From: Cyclobacteriaceae bacterium | Lineage (GTDB): Bacteria > Bacteroidota > Bacteroidia > Cytophagales > Cyclobacteriaceae | Direction of reading: 5' to 3' | Length of the DNA: 64,000 nucleotides | Assembly: GCA_046301755.1 (NCBI GenBank) | Contig: JBKCJM010000056.1 | Coordinates: forward strand, 4,898 to 68,897 | In this document: in pieces, positions 53,678-62,108 of the stretch | How positions within the stretch are numbered: the first letter of the stretch is position 1 | How the letters are laid out: the number at the start of each line of letters is the position of its first letter | Notes under the pieces: model-generated | Told to the model about the DNA's origin: nothing | Seen by the model: only the letters and a program-made list of their open reading frames with translations | Database searches by the model: none | Translations under genes and position numbers: made by a program

Positions 53678-54592
53678 TCAGAAGTTGCGGGGTGAAAGCT
53701 CCAGCGAATCGCGCAGCGGCAGAAACTCGTTTTTGTTTTTTGTCCAATAATCGGTGATTATCGTTTTGCTGCGAACAGCCCGGGTGATCTGCTGCTTTCC
53801 GTTTTCGGTCGTTATCTCCTGCCAGCCCAGAATGGCGTGAGGAAATGTTGATGCTATTTCGATTTTCAACTCGCGGGTAGCTTCCGGATAAGCCAGCGTG
53901 TAGACAAGCGTATCGCCACGAACATCTTTTCTTCCATTTGCTTTCATCGGATTAATCCCCTCGTGACGCAAACGGGCGTGCAACAACCCCGGAAGTATTT
54001 CAAACTGGCCTTCCGGTAATAAACGCGGGTCGAGCCGGGCAATCGTCCAAAGTTCGTCCTCGAGATGATCGTCACTAACCAGGCGATCTTCCTCTCCTTC
54101 TCTTTCAAAATAGGAATGGGCCACCAACTGGTATTGATGATGCCCCCGCAACATCAACTGCGCATACACTTGTCCGCACCACTCCTGGCTGCTCATCGTT
54201 ACCTTCAGTGTGTTTTCATATTCAGCGCGTTCCACAGGGGTAAACACGGACATCATCATGGAATACGGATAAATGCCGGTGACAAAGTTCTTGGTGAAGT
54301 TCATCTTGAGCACACTCACCTTATCATCACCGGCCTGCCCGGGGTTATCCAGTTTCACCAGCTTGTTGCGCGAAAAATCCTCTGTAACAAAAATCAGGGT
54401 TGCGTTTCCTTCGCGGTTTTCGCCATAACGCGATTGATTGAGGTGGTAGGTGGTGATTTCGGCTTTGCCACCATACCAGTACGACTTGAACTGCACCTGG
54501 TGGTAGCCCGGGTTCGGCAACTCAGTTGCCGGGCGATCAGTGGTGCAACCGAAGATACCCAGCCAAAATGCGCCAAAGAGAGCCTTTTTCAT
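53678..54592 (-). CDS. lipoprotein of unknown function
   Basis: Lipobox in MKKALFGAFWLGIFGCTTD, from ATG 54592. I recognise no family motif. Confidence 0.55.
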   Translation of the reverse strand: MKKALFGAFWLGIFGCTTDRPATELPNPGYHQVQFKSYWYGGKAEITTYHLNQSRYGENREGNATLIFVTEDFSRNKLVKLDNPGQAGDDKVSVLKMNFTKNFVTGIYPYSMMMSVFTPVERAEYENTLKVTMSSQEWCGQVYAQLMLRGHHQYQLVAHSYFEREGEEDRLVSDDHLEDELWTIARLDPRLLPEGQFEILPGLLHARLRHEGINPMKANGRKDVRGDTLVYTLAYPEATRELKIEIASTFPHAILGWQEITTENGKQQITRAVRSKTIITDYWTKNKNEFLPLRDSLELSPRNF

Positions 54593-54698
54593 CACGCCTT
54601 CCCTATTTAATGATCTAAACATAACGATTTCCATTGCCTCGATTAAACGGAAGGTTACCAATTTTATCCAAGTGCAATAAACACTCATCCGAGAACCT

Positions 54699-54926
54699 AT
54701 GAGAACCCCGGTGGAAAATTACAAAGGCATCCAGTTTGTGCGGATTTCGTCTTTGCCGAAAGAGCAAAAAGAGATTTTCTGGTCAACCTTCGAGCAAGAG
54801 AAAATTATCAAGGTCCTGCGCAATCAGGAACTACTGGTTGATTGCATTCCCTATTCGGATTACACCGCGTGGATGGAAAAAATCAAATCGCGACCGGCCA
54901 GCCGCCCGGTTAGTGCAGCTGCTTAA
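54699..54926 (+). CDS. hypothetical small protein (75 aa)
   Basis: This is an ORF-only call with no recognised motifs. Its 3' end overlaps the convergent NMO gene stop by 4 nt. Confidence 0.35.
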   Translation: MRTPVENYKGIQFVRISSLPKEQKEIFWSTFEQEKIIKVLRNQELLVDCIPYSDYTAWMEKIKSRPASRPVSAAA

Positions 54927-55888
54927 GTTCGCTGCCCGGAAGCCGTGATTTGCTGCCTGGCCTCTTCATACTCCTTCCACAGGTCTTGCAGTATTTCAGC
55001 GGCCGGACGTATATCCCGAATAGCGGCCGCTACCTGGCCGATCTCAAGTTCTCCTTCGTTCAGGTCGCCTTCAAAAATTCCCAGCTTCGCACGACCGCGA
55101 CCCAACAATTGAGAAAGTTCTTCTTTTGATGCGCAGCGTTCCTCCGCTTCCTTGACGCGCTGAAAAAATTCATTTCGAAGGAGCCGAACCGGGGTTAGCT
55201 GCTTGAGCGTGAGTTGTGTGTCGCCCTCATTGGATTCAATCACCCGGGCTTTGAAATCTTCGTGCGCGGACGATTCTTGGCTAACGGCAAACCGCGAACC
55301 TACCTGCACCCCCGCAGCCCCAAGGGCCTCCATCGCCAGAATCGCGCGGCCGGAGGCAATACCGCCCGCAGCGATCACCGGCACCCGCACAGCCTCCACT
55401 ACCAGCGGCACGAGACACAGCGTAGTGGTCTCCTCCCGACCGTTGTGACCGCCCGCTTCAAATCCTTCAGCTACCACGTCATCTACTCCAGCCTGTTCTG
55501 CTTTTTGGGCAAACCGCGAACTGCTAACCACATGCACAACTGTAATGCCCTGGGATTTTAAATGGGGAGTCCATGTGGCGGGGTTTCCGGCTGAGGTGAA
55601 AACAATTTTTACATTTTCCGTAACCAGGATATCCATCACGGCTGCCATCTCGGGGTACAGCAAGGGCACATTCACCCCGAAAGGCTGCGAGGTGGCCGCT
55701 TTGCACTTCCGGATATGCTCGACCAGCGTCTGGGGGTGCATGGAGCCAGCCCCAATGAGCCCCAGGCCACCCGCATTGGAGACAGCCGAGGCCAGTCGCC
55801 AGCCGCTACACCAAACCATACCGGCCTGCACAACCGGAATCTGCACCCCGAAGAGATTTCTTACACGGTCGAACGCCATATCATCCAT
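54923..55888 (-). CDS. NAD(P)H-dependent flavin oxidoreductase, nitronate monooxygenase/FabK-like
   Basis: IPVVQAGMVWCSGWRLASAVSNAGGLGLIGAGS and GFEAGGH..AAGGIASG motifs. Confidence 0.8.
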   Translation of the reverse strand: MDDMAFDRVRNLFGVQIPVVQAGMVWCSGWRLASAVSNAGGLGLIGAGSMHPQTLVEHIRKCKAATSQPFGVNVPLLYPEMAAVMDILVTENVKIVFTSAGNPATWTPHLKSQGITVVHVVSSSRFAQKAEQAGVDDVVAEGFEAGGHNGREETTTLCLVPLVVEAVRVPVIAAGGIASGRAILAMEALGAAGVQVGSRFAVSQESSAHEDFKARVIESNEGDTQLTLKQLTPVRLLRNEFFQRVKEAEERCASKEELSQLLGRGRAKLGIFEGDLNEGELEIGQVAAAIRDIRPAAEILQDLWKEYEEARQQITASGQRT

Positions 55889-55957
55889 TGTTTTGGCCTG
55901 AATATCTGAACTTTAGCGCAGTATGAATCCGATGACCAAAAGAAAACCGGCTGAAAG

Positions 55958-56064
55958 TTTTCCACAAATCGGCAATTCAGTAGAAAGAACATAAAAAGCT
56001 GTATATCAGCGCATTAATGCATAACCATCCGGTAATGTGGATAAAAGGCAAAAATTGTGGATTG
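55958..56064. promoter_or_regulatory. three DnaA-box-like 9-mers
   Basis: TTTTCCACA at 55958-55966 matches the consensus in 8 of 9 positions. TGTGGATAA at 56036-56044 is the perfect reverse complement of TTATCCACA. TGTGGATTG at 56056-56064 matches in 7 of 9. Confidence 0.3.
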
Positions 56065-56082
56065 AATTTTGTGCCTTTTTTT
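56047..56082 (+). terminator. orphan terminator-like hairpin with no CDS upstream on either strand
   Basis: GGCAAAAATT-GTGGATTG-AATTTTGTGCC forms a 10-bp stem with one bulged G and is followed by TTTTTTT. An A-run lies upstream, so it could work in both directions. Confidence 0.4.
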
Positions 56083-56158
56083 GGCTGTTTCTAACTGGTT
56101 GATTATCGGGTTTTTAAATCGGGCTTATGTGCCGGATATTACATCATCACCATTCATG

Positions 56159-56166
56159 TATTTTTG
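56159..56166 (+). promoter_or_regulatory. -7 element TATTTTTG upstream of the thioredoxin-like gene
   Basis: Matches TAnnTTTG and lies 36 nt upstream of ATG 56203. Confidence 0.4.
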
Positions 56167-56202
56167 CATCCCCCCGGAAGCGATCCAGCGTTTAACACTC
56201 AC

Positions 56203-56682
56203 ATGAAACACTTGGCTGTCCTTACTTTGTTGTTGGCATTCCACTCGCCTCGGGTGTTTGGCCAGCCAGCCTCGCGCATCGGAGCCGATGAGCTCGTCAA
56301 GGAGATGTCCGCTGCCACTGCGAGGGTAAAAGTGTACAACTTCTGGGCCACGTGGTGCGGGCCGTGCATTAAGGAGATCCCGTTCTTCGAAAAGTTGGGG
56401 ACCAGCCACCCGGATGTATCCGTGACATTAGTAAGCCTTGACCTCGATCTTGACCCCGATCCGGCCAAGGTCTACAAGTTTATGGAGCGCAAGAAGATTA
56501 AGTCGCGTGTAATTATGCTGGACGAGCGTGACCCGAATTCCTACATCGAAAAAATTGACAAACGCTGGTCTGGTGCTTTGCCGGCTACACTGATTGTCAA
56601 TACAGCAACGGGTAAGAGATTGTTTGTGCAACAAGAACTCAAAGAAGGCGATCTGGAAAAAATGATTGCCGGGATAATGTAA
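56203..56682 (+). CDS. secreted thioredoxin-fold thiol:disulfide oxidoreductase (TlpA-like)
   Basis: Signal peptide MKHLAVLTLLLAFHSPRVFGQ and the active site WATWCGPC. Confidence 0.8.
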   Translation: MKHLAVLTLLLAFHSPRVFGQPASRIGADELVKEMSAATARVKVYNFWATWCGPCIKEIPFFEKLGTSHPDVSVTLVSLDLDLDPDPAKVYKFMERKKIKSRVIMLDERDPNSYIEKIDKRWSGALPATLIVNTATGKRLFVQQELKEGDLEKMIAGIM

Positions 56683-56701
56683 AACCAAAAAATAAAATAG
56701 T

Positions 56702-57307
56702 ATGAAACAGGTGATGTTGATTTTTGCCGTGGTAGTGGCCTCCGCATTTGTTACCCGGCCAACCGGCTACCAGGTGGGCGATACCGTAACGGATTTCAAG
56801 CTGAAGAATGTCGATGGCAAAATGATCGGTATGGCCGACTTCCCGGGCGCCAAGGGTTTTATCGTGATTTTCGACTGCAACACGTGCCCGTATTCCAAAG
56901 CCTACAATACCCGTATTCAAGAGTTGGATAAGAAGTTTGCAAGTCAGGGGTTTCCAGTCATTGCTATCAACCCCAATGACCCCAACGTTTCGAAAGGAGA
57001 CTCGTTTGCTGAAATGGTGAGAATAGCCAAGGCGAAGGGCTACAACTTCCCGTATCTTATCGATCAGAGCCAGGAGGTTGCGAAAGCATTTGGCGCAACA
57101 AATACGCCACATGTCTTTATAATGAATAAAAAAGGTGCTGAATTCAAAGTGGCCTATATCGGTGCCATCGATGACAGTCCCAAGGATGCCAAGCAAGTGA
57201 CCAAGCGTTACGTAGAAGATGCCGTGAACGCATTGTTAAACGGCCAGGCGGTGCCCCTCACCAAAACGAAGGCCATCGGCTGTGGTATCAAGTGGAAGAG
57301 TGCGTAA
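56702..57307 (+). CDS. secreted thioredoxin/redoxin-family protein
   Basis: A signal peptide is followed by GFIVIFDCNTCPYS (a CxxC variant) and TPHVFIM. Confidence 0.75.
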   Translation: MKQVMLIFAVVVASAFVTRPTGYQVGDTVTDFKLKNVDGKMIGMADFPGAKGFIVIFDCNTCPYSKAYNTRIQELDKKFASQGFPVIAINPNDPNVSKGDSFAEMVRIAKAKGYNFPYLIDQSQEVAKAFGATNTPHVFIMNKKGAEFKVAYIGAIDDSPKDAKQVTKRYVEDAVNALLNGQAVPLTKTKAIGCGIKWKSA

Positions 57308-57328
57308 TTGAAAAATTCATTTCAGAAG

Positions 57329-57354
57329 AAAAGCCCGGATTATTCCGGGCTTTT
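57329..57354. terminator. bidirectional rho-independent terminator
   Basis: AAAAGCCCGG-ATTATT-CCGGGCTTTT lies between convergent genes. Confidence 0.8.
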
Positions 57355-57370
57355 GCATTTTATGCTACGT

Positions 57371-59674
57371 TCACCTCGAAGCTACAACAACGCGCTTCCG
57401 GTAAACCGTGACTTTGCCAGAACCATCGAAGACCTCAAACCAAACCACGTAGTAGCCCGGCCTTGCGTGGCTGCCATTGTCAAGATCACCGTCCCAGCGG
57501 AGAAATCCTTCGGTGCCAAGAACCTCGTTATTGGCCAATGTTCGAATGAGCCGGCCCTGCAGATCTAAGATCTTCGCGTTAGCCACAATGCCTGGCTGAT
57601 CAAAGCGGTACCGGACAAGCGCAAACTCATCGCGGCCACTGTTAGGTGCTATCACTTCAGGCTCGACCGTGACAGCATCGGGGGAGATTGCTTCATCCGG
57701 CCTTGATTGTGAATTGATCAACCCCGGAGTACCAAAGCCAACTACGGAGCTGGCCGAAATCCAGTTGCCTGCCTCGCGGGTGGGGGCCTCAGCCGAGATT
57801 CGCTCAAGCGCCACTCCTTCTTCGTCTTTTATCAGTTCACTGTGCAAATCCCGGGAATACGGAAACTCATCCACCACCACGTTATCTGGCCGAACCAGCG
57901 TTACAATTCCTTCGTCATCCGGAAGAGAAGGTAAACGTGATTCGAGAAACGCGCGATCTTCATGACGAGGGTACTGAATCATCACTTCATCCGGACGCTC
58001 GGTCAGCACCACGAATCCTCGAGGAGGGAGCAACCGGTCAGCTGCAATTGTAACGGCATTCTGAAGAACCCCATCTTCGCGCGATCCGATTCTCCAATTC
58101 ACCAAGTTGACGAACTTATCTGACCGGTTGAAAATCTCCACGTAATCATAGCCACCGACTCGCGGATTAAACAACACCTCGTTGATCACCAGGTCAAGGC
58201 TGTCTGCAATTTCCGGCAATGCAAAAACTGCGGAAGTAAAATTTGGTTGAATGAGATTTCCGGCACAATCTCGTATACCGGCAACCGACACCTCGTACAA
58301 CTCACGAGGCTGAAGCGCACTGGCAAGACCAACCACCATACGCTGCAAAGCCGGCCGCTGTAATGCAACTCCGGTGACGTTGATCGATGGTGAAAACACG
58401 ACCGATGCACCGCTTATATCGGTATTGAGTTTCTCGCAGAAGTGCAGTTCCACCTGCTGAACGCTGATGGGCACAGCCGCCTCCAGCTTAGGCCCGGTGA
58501 TGTCCGGCTTATTTGCTTGGATTGAGTTCTGCGTACCCGGAGTGCCTCCAGCGGTTGCCTCGGCTGCCGCCCAATTGTCTTGCTCCCCGCACGGGTTTTG
58601 TAAATCGATCTGCTCCAATGCCCAGCCTCCTGCCGCCTTGTCTTCGCTGCGATACCACTCCAGCGAAAAGTTTACAGAATCAATCAGCACGTTGTCGGCA
58701 CGTCTTAACATGATAATGTCTCCATCGTTGTTAAGCGTTGGGAAATTGGTAAGTCCTGCCGGTGAACCACCAAACTTGCCGGCATTTGAACTGCTGGTAA
58801 CGAGCAGATAGCCGGCAGGCTGTATCGAAACAGCCGGGAATACTGCGCTGGACGACCCGTCCGTGAGCCGTAACCCCGATAAGTTGATCACCCGGTCCGT
58901 TCGGTTATACAATTCAATGTATTCCGCATCGGGCAATCCGATCGTGGGAGTTGGATCGGCCATGATTTCCGTTATGATAACATCCTTATTCACCAGAGGC
59001 ACTGGTGGCGGAGGTGGTGGCGGAATCGGGCCAGCATAGATATCATCAAAAAAATGCCCACGAAAAAAAGCGGACGTAGACTGCTGAACTCGAATTCCGA
59101 AGAAGGAACTCGTAAGGAAGCTGGCATCGGTAACTGTTCCTTCTGAAACATAACTGGTGCCGGTGCCAGATATGTCGCGCTCGAGCACCCATTGATTGGC
59201 AGCATCGCGGGTCACGCGCATGCGAAGCGTGTTGGTCGATGAGTTTGTCGTTCCGTCAGTCCCGTTGATCAAAATGGAAAGCGCACCATTGGTTACCTTA
59301 TAAAGACTAACCTCATCAGGCGTGCCCCCGATGCGCACGAAGTAGCCGTTGTTGTTAGTAGCACTCAGATTGGCCTGATCCGACATTAGAAACACATCCA
59401 CATAATTAGCGCTGGATGTGTTGAAGGTGAGTTGTACCGAAAACTCCCAACGCGCGGCCGTGGCAGTACTGGAAGGTGTAACAATCTGAAAGGAAGAGTT
59501 CGGTGTTACGGAGTTGGAATTAAGCTGATTACCTGCAACCGCCCAGTTATCGGGGTGATCGGGCGTCCAGGTTGGGCTATTGGTAAAATCACCATCCAAG
59601 AAATCATCCACCACCTGGGCATGAACGGTGGTGGTGCAAACGAGTACGATCAATCCGGAGAGAAATCGCTTCAT
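57371..59674 (-). CDS. secreted protein with two lamin-tail-domain (LTD) modules and a C-terminal beta-sandwich
   Basis: Signal peptide MKRFLSGLIVLVCTTTVHAQ (ATG 59674). A run of seven prolines follows, then LTD signatures VIITEIMADP..EYIELYN and LVINEVLFNP..YVEIFN. The C-terminus reads ILDLQGRLIRTL..PGYYVVWFEV. Confidence 0.75.
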   Translation of the reverse strand: MKRFLSGLIVLVCTTTVHAQVVDDFLDGDFTNSPTWTPDHPDNWAVAGNQLNSNSVTPNSSFQIVTPSSTATAARWEFSVQLTFNTSSANYVDVFLMSDQANLSATNNNGYFVRIGGTPDEVSLYKVTNGALSILINGTDGTTNSSTNTLRMRVTRDAANQWVLERDISGTGTSYVSEGTVTDASFLTSSFFGIRVQQSTSAFFRGHFFDDIYAGPIPPPPPPPVPLVNKDVIITEIMADPTPTIGLPDAEYIELYNRTDRVINLSGLRLTDGSSSAVFPAVSIQPAGYLLVTSSSNAGKFGGSPAGLTNFPTLNNDGDIIMLRRADNVLIDSVNFSLEWYRSEDKAAGGWALEQIDLQNPCGEQDNWAAAEATAGGTPGTQNSIQANKPDITGPKLEAAVPISVQQVELHFCEKLNTDISGASVVFSPSINVTGVALQRPALQRMVVGLASALQPRELYEVSVAGIRDCAGNLIQPNFTSAVFALPEIADSLDLVINEVLFNPRVGGYDYVEIFNRSDKFVNLVNWRIGSREDGVLQNAVTIAADRLLPPRGFVVLTERPDEVMIQYPRHEDRAFLESRLPSLPDDEGIVTLVRPDNVVVDEFPYSRDLHSELIKDEEGVALERISAEAPTREAGNWISASSVVGFGTPGLINSQSRPDEAISPDAVTVEPEVIAPNSGRDEFALVRYRFDQPGIVANAKILDLQGRLIRTLANNEVLGTEGFLRWDGDLDNGSHARPGYYVVWFEVFDGSGKVTVYRKRVVVASR

Positions 59675-59683
59675 GACGCTATC

Positions 59684-59691
59684 CAAATATA
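59684..59691 (-). promoter_or_regulatory. -7-like element (TATATTTG on the minus strand) upstream of the LTD gene
   Basis: The plus strand reads CAAATATA. It lies only 9 nt upstream of ATG 59674, so the leader would be very short. Confidence 0.25.
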
Positions 59692-59692
59692 C

Positions 59693-59700
59693 TATTTTTG
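59693..59700 (+). promoter_or_regulatory. -7 element TATTTTTG upstream of asd
   Basis: Matches TAnnTTTG and lies 23 nt upstream of ATG 59724. Confidence 0.4.
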
Positions 59701-59723
59701 CCTCCCTTAACTATACGTACAAG

Positions 59724-60716
59724 ATGAAGTTAGCTATCGTGGGGGCCACCGGTTTGGTAGGCCAGGAATTACTAAAAGTACTTGACGAGCGCCAGTTCGC
59801 CTGTGATGAATTGCTGCTGGTTGCCTCGGCCAAAAACGTTGGCAAAACAATCCGTTTTCAGGGCAACGATTATACCATCATCGGCATGGAAGAGGCTGTG
59901 AAACGGGCACCGGATGTCGCCATTTTCTCGGCCGGAGGCAGCACCTCACTGGAGTGGGCGCCCCGTTTTGCCGAGATGGGCACCGTGGTGATTGATAACT
60001 CATCGGCCTGGCGCATGGACCCAACGAAAAAGCTGGTGGTGCCGGAGGTAAACGGGCATGTCATTAAGATCGATGACCGCATCATTGCCAATCCCAATTG
60101 CTCTACCATTCAAATGGTGATGGCGCTGGCACCCCTGCACGTAAGATACAAAGTGAAGCGCGTGGTGGTGAGCACCTACCAGAGCGTAACCGGCACGGGT
60201 AAGGATGCCGTGCAGCAGTTGATGAATGAACGAAGCGGAACCGAAGGACCTAAAGTGTACCCACACCCGATCGATTTCAATGCGTTGCCGCACATTGATG
60301 TCTTTCAGGACAACGGGTATACCAAGGAGGAAATGAAGATGGTGAATGAAACTCGTAAGATTATCGGTGACAATAGCATTGGCGTAACGGCCACTACTGT
60401 CCGGGTGCCCACCATTGGCGGCCACTCTGAAGCCGTGAACGTTGAGTTTGAAAAAGAGTTTGACTTGAACGAGGTGCGCCAGATTTTGGAGGAAACACCC
60501 GGTGTAGTAGTTCAGGACGATGTAAAGAACAATGTGTACCCCATGCCCATCCACAGCCATGGCCGCGATGAAGTTTTTGTGGGGCGCCTGCGCAGGGATG
60601 AATCGCAACCCCGCACGCTGAATATGTGGATTGTGGCGGATAATTTGCGAAAAGGCGCTGCTACCAATGCGGTACAGATTGCCGAGTTCATGCGCGAGCG
60701 GAGTTTGGTGTTTTAG
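59724..60716 (+). CDS. asd: aspartate-semialdehyde dehydrogenase
   Basis: MKLAIVGATGLVGQ, the active-site Cys in IANPNCSTIQM, and the length of 330 aa from the internal ATG. Confidence 0.95.
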   Translation: MKLAIVGATGLVGQELLKVLDERQFACDELLLVASAKNVGKTIRFQGNDYTIIGMEEAVKRAPDVAIFSAGGSTSLEWAPRFAEMGTVVIDNSSAWRMDPTKKLVVPEVNGHVIKIDDRIIANPNCSTIQMVMALAPLHVRYKVKRVVVSTYQSVTGTGKDAVQQLMNERSGTEGPKVYPHPIDFNALPHIDVFQDNGYTKEEMKMVNETRKIIGDNSIGVTATTVRVPTIGGHSEAVNVEFEKEFDLNEVRQILEETPGVVVQDDVKNNVYPMPIHSHGRDEVFVGRLRRDESQPRTLNMWIVADNLRKGAATNAVQIAEFMRERSLVF

Positions 60717-61252
60717 AATACTCTCGTCAACCGAAAGAAGTCCGCCATCGTTACCCGGAAGGTTTCGCGCTCCTGATCAGTTTGCAAGATGGGCCTTGTG
60801 TTGTTCGGCTGTAACAATTGGAAGCTCTGGTTTTGTCGTATCCCCTCGTAAATCCGGGCGGCCAATTCGAGAGAAGGGCGCGGGAGCGGTTCTGCCAGCC
60901 GAAGCGTATCCATGCGCATTGTTGCAGAATCGGTGACAATCAGTGTTAATCCATCGGTTGTTTTGCCCGTTTCAAGTTCAAGAACCACAAACGCCATATC
61001 ATTCATCGGACTCAAGACCAATGCCGGAGTAAGTGTTGGATTTTGGGTTGAATCTGGCCGGTCGGCCCAGCGGAATACCTCCTGATTGCCCAGCACTTCC
61101 CGGTCGTAATAGATGGAGCGAACGTTGCGGAAGAACAACTCCGTATCGTCCGGCATAATGAACGTTAGGCGACCAAAGTCGACCGGCCGATCGCGATCGA
61201 CTTTACAACCCGTTAGGAACAGCAATAATGCAACTCCAGCCAGCCACCTCAT
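60713..61252 (-). CDS. lipoprotein of unknown function
   Basis: Lipobox in MRWLAGVALLLFLTGCKVD. I recognise no family motif. Confidence 0.55.
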   Translation of the reverse strand: MRWLAGVALLLFLTGCKVDRDRPVDFGRLTFIMPDDTELFFRNVRSIYYDREVLGNQEVFRWADRPDSTQNPTLTPALVLSPMNDMAFVVLELETGKTTDGLTLIVTDSATMRMDTLRLAEPLPRPSLELAARIYEGIRQNQSFQLLQPNNTRPILQTDQERETFRVTMADFFRLTRVF

Positions 61253-61394
61253 GCGGTTACAACAGCAGGGCGCCCATAAAGTTGTCGAAACGGTCCAAAC
61301 GACTCATTAAAAATTTGCCGGCAATACCTTCGGTCTTGGCTTATTGGCGATTTTCGTACGTTAGCGACCATACGGCTAATGTTCGAGGAATATC

Positions 61395-61402
61395 TAACTT
61401 TG
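61395..61402 (+). promoter_or_regulatory. -7 element TAACTTTG upstream of lemA
   Basis: Matches TAnnTTTG and lies 16 nt upstream of ATG 61419. Confidence 0.4.
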
Positions 61403-61418
61403 GAAAAAATTTCAAACT

Positions 61419-62012
61419 ATGAGTAAAGGACTGATAACAATATTGATTATCGTGGGCATCCTGGTGGTGTCTGTAATTGGATTTTTCATGTGGGGGACTG
61501 GCGTTTATGACAATGCGATCCGGGCACAGGAAAACGTTAACGAAGCCTTTGCCAATGTGCAGGCTACCTACCAGCGAAGAGCTGACCTGATTCCCAACCT
61601 CGTAGCCACGGTAAAGGAGGCAGCTGAAAACGAAAGAGGAATTCTTACTTCGGTTACTCAGGCACGTGCCGGAATCGTTAACGCGAAAACACCGGAGGAT
61701 CTTGAGTTGGCCGGCAGAAAGATCAACACGGCTATCAACCTGGCTTTTGAGGCTTACCCTCAGATTCGGTCAACCGAAAACTTCCAGGAGTTGCAAGCGC
61801 AGTTGGAGGGAACGGAAAACCGAATCAATGTTGCCCGCCAGCGTTACAACGAAACGGTAAAGGAATACAACTCATACGTTCGTGGATTCTTCAAAAGAAT
61901 GGCCCTCAATCTTTTTGGAGGTGGCGAAGATTTCAGCGTACGGAAAGGATTTGAAGCTGCAGCTGGGTCGGAGAATGCACCAAATGTGCAAGACGCATTC
62001 GATAAAAAGTAG
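61419..62012 (+). CDS. lemA: LemA-family membrane protein
   Basis: An N-terminal TM helix is followed by YDNAIRAQENVNEAFANVQATYQRRADLIPNLV, the LemA signature. Confidence 0.85.
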   Translation: MSKGLITILIIVGILVVSVIGFFMWGTGVYDNAIRAQENVNEAFANVQATYQRRADLIPNLVATVKEAAENERGILTSVTQARAGIVNAKTPEDLELAGRKINTAINLAFEAYPQIRSTENFQELQAQLEGTENRINVARQRYNETVKEYNSYVRGFFKRMALNLFGGGEDFSVRKGFEAAAGSENAPNVQDAFDKK

Positions 62013-62057
62013 TTTCGGTGTAGCGGAAGCTGAATTTCCGACCGCATGATAAGAAGC

Positions 62058-62085
62058 AAAAACGCCCCGGATTCGGGGCGTTTTT
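62058..62085. terminator. bidirectional rho-independent terminator
   Basis: AAAAACGCCCCGG-ATT-CGGGGCGTTTTT lies between convergent lemA and infB. Confidence 0.85.
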
Positions 62086-62108
62086 ATTTAGATAATGACG
62101 GCCTGCGC

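Noticed and set aside
55923-55994. 23-codon ORF (MNPMTKRKPAESFPQIGNSVERT) in the large intergenic gap
   Set aside because: I saw no promoter motif in front of it and no recognisable peptide family. It overlaps the first DnaA-box-like site and is probably non-coding.
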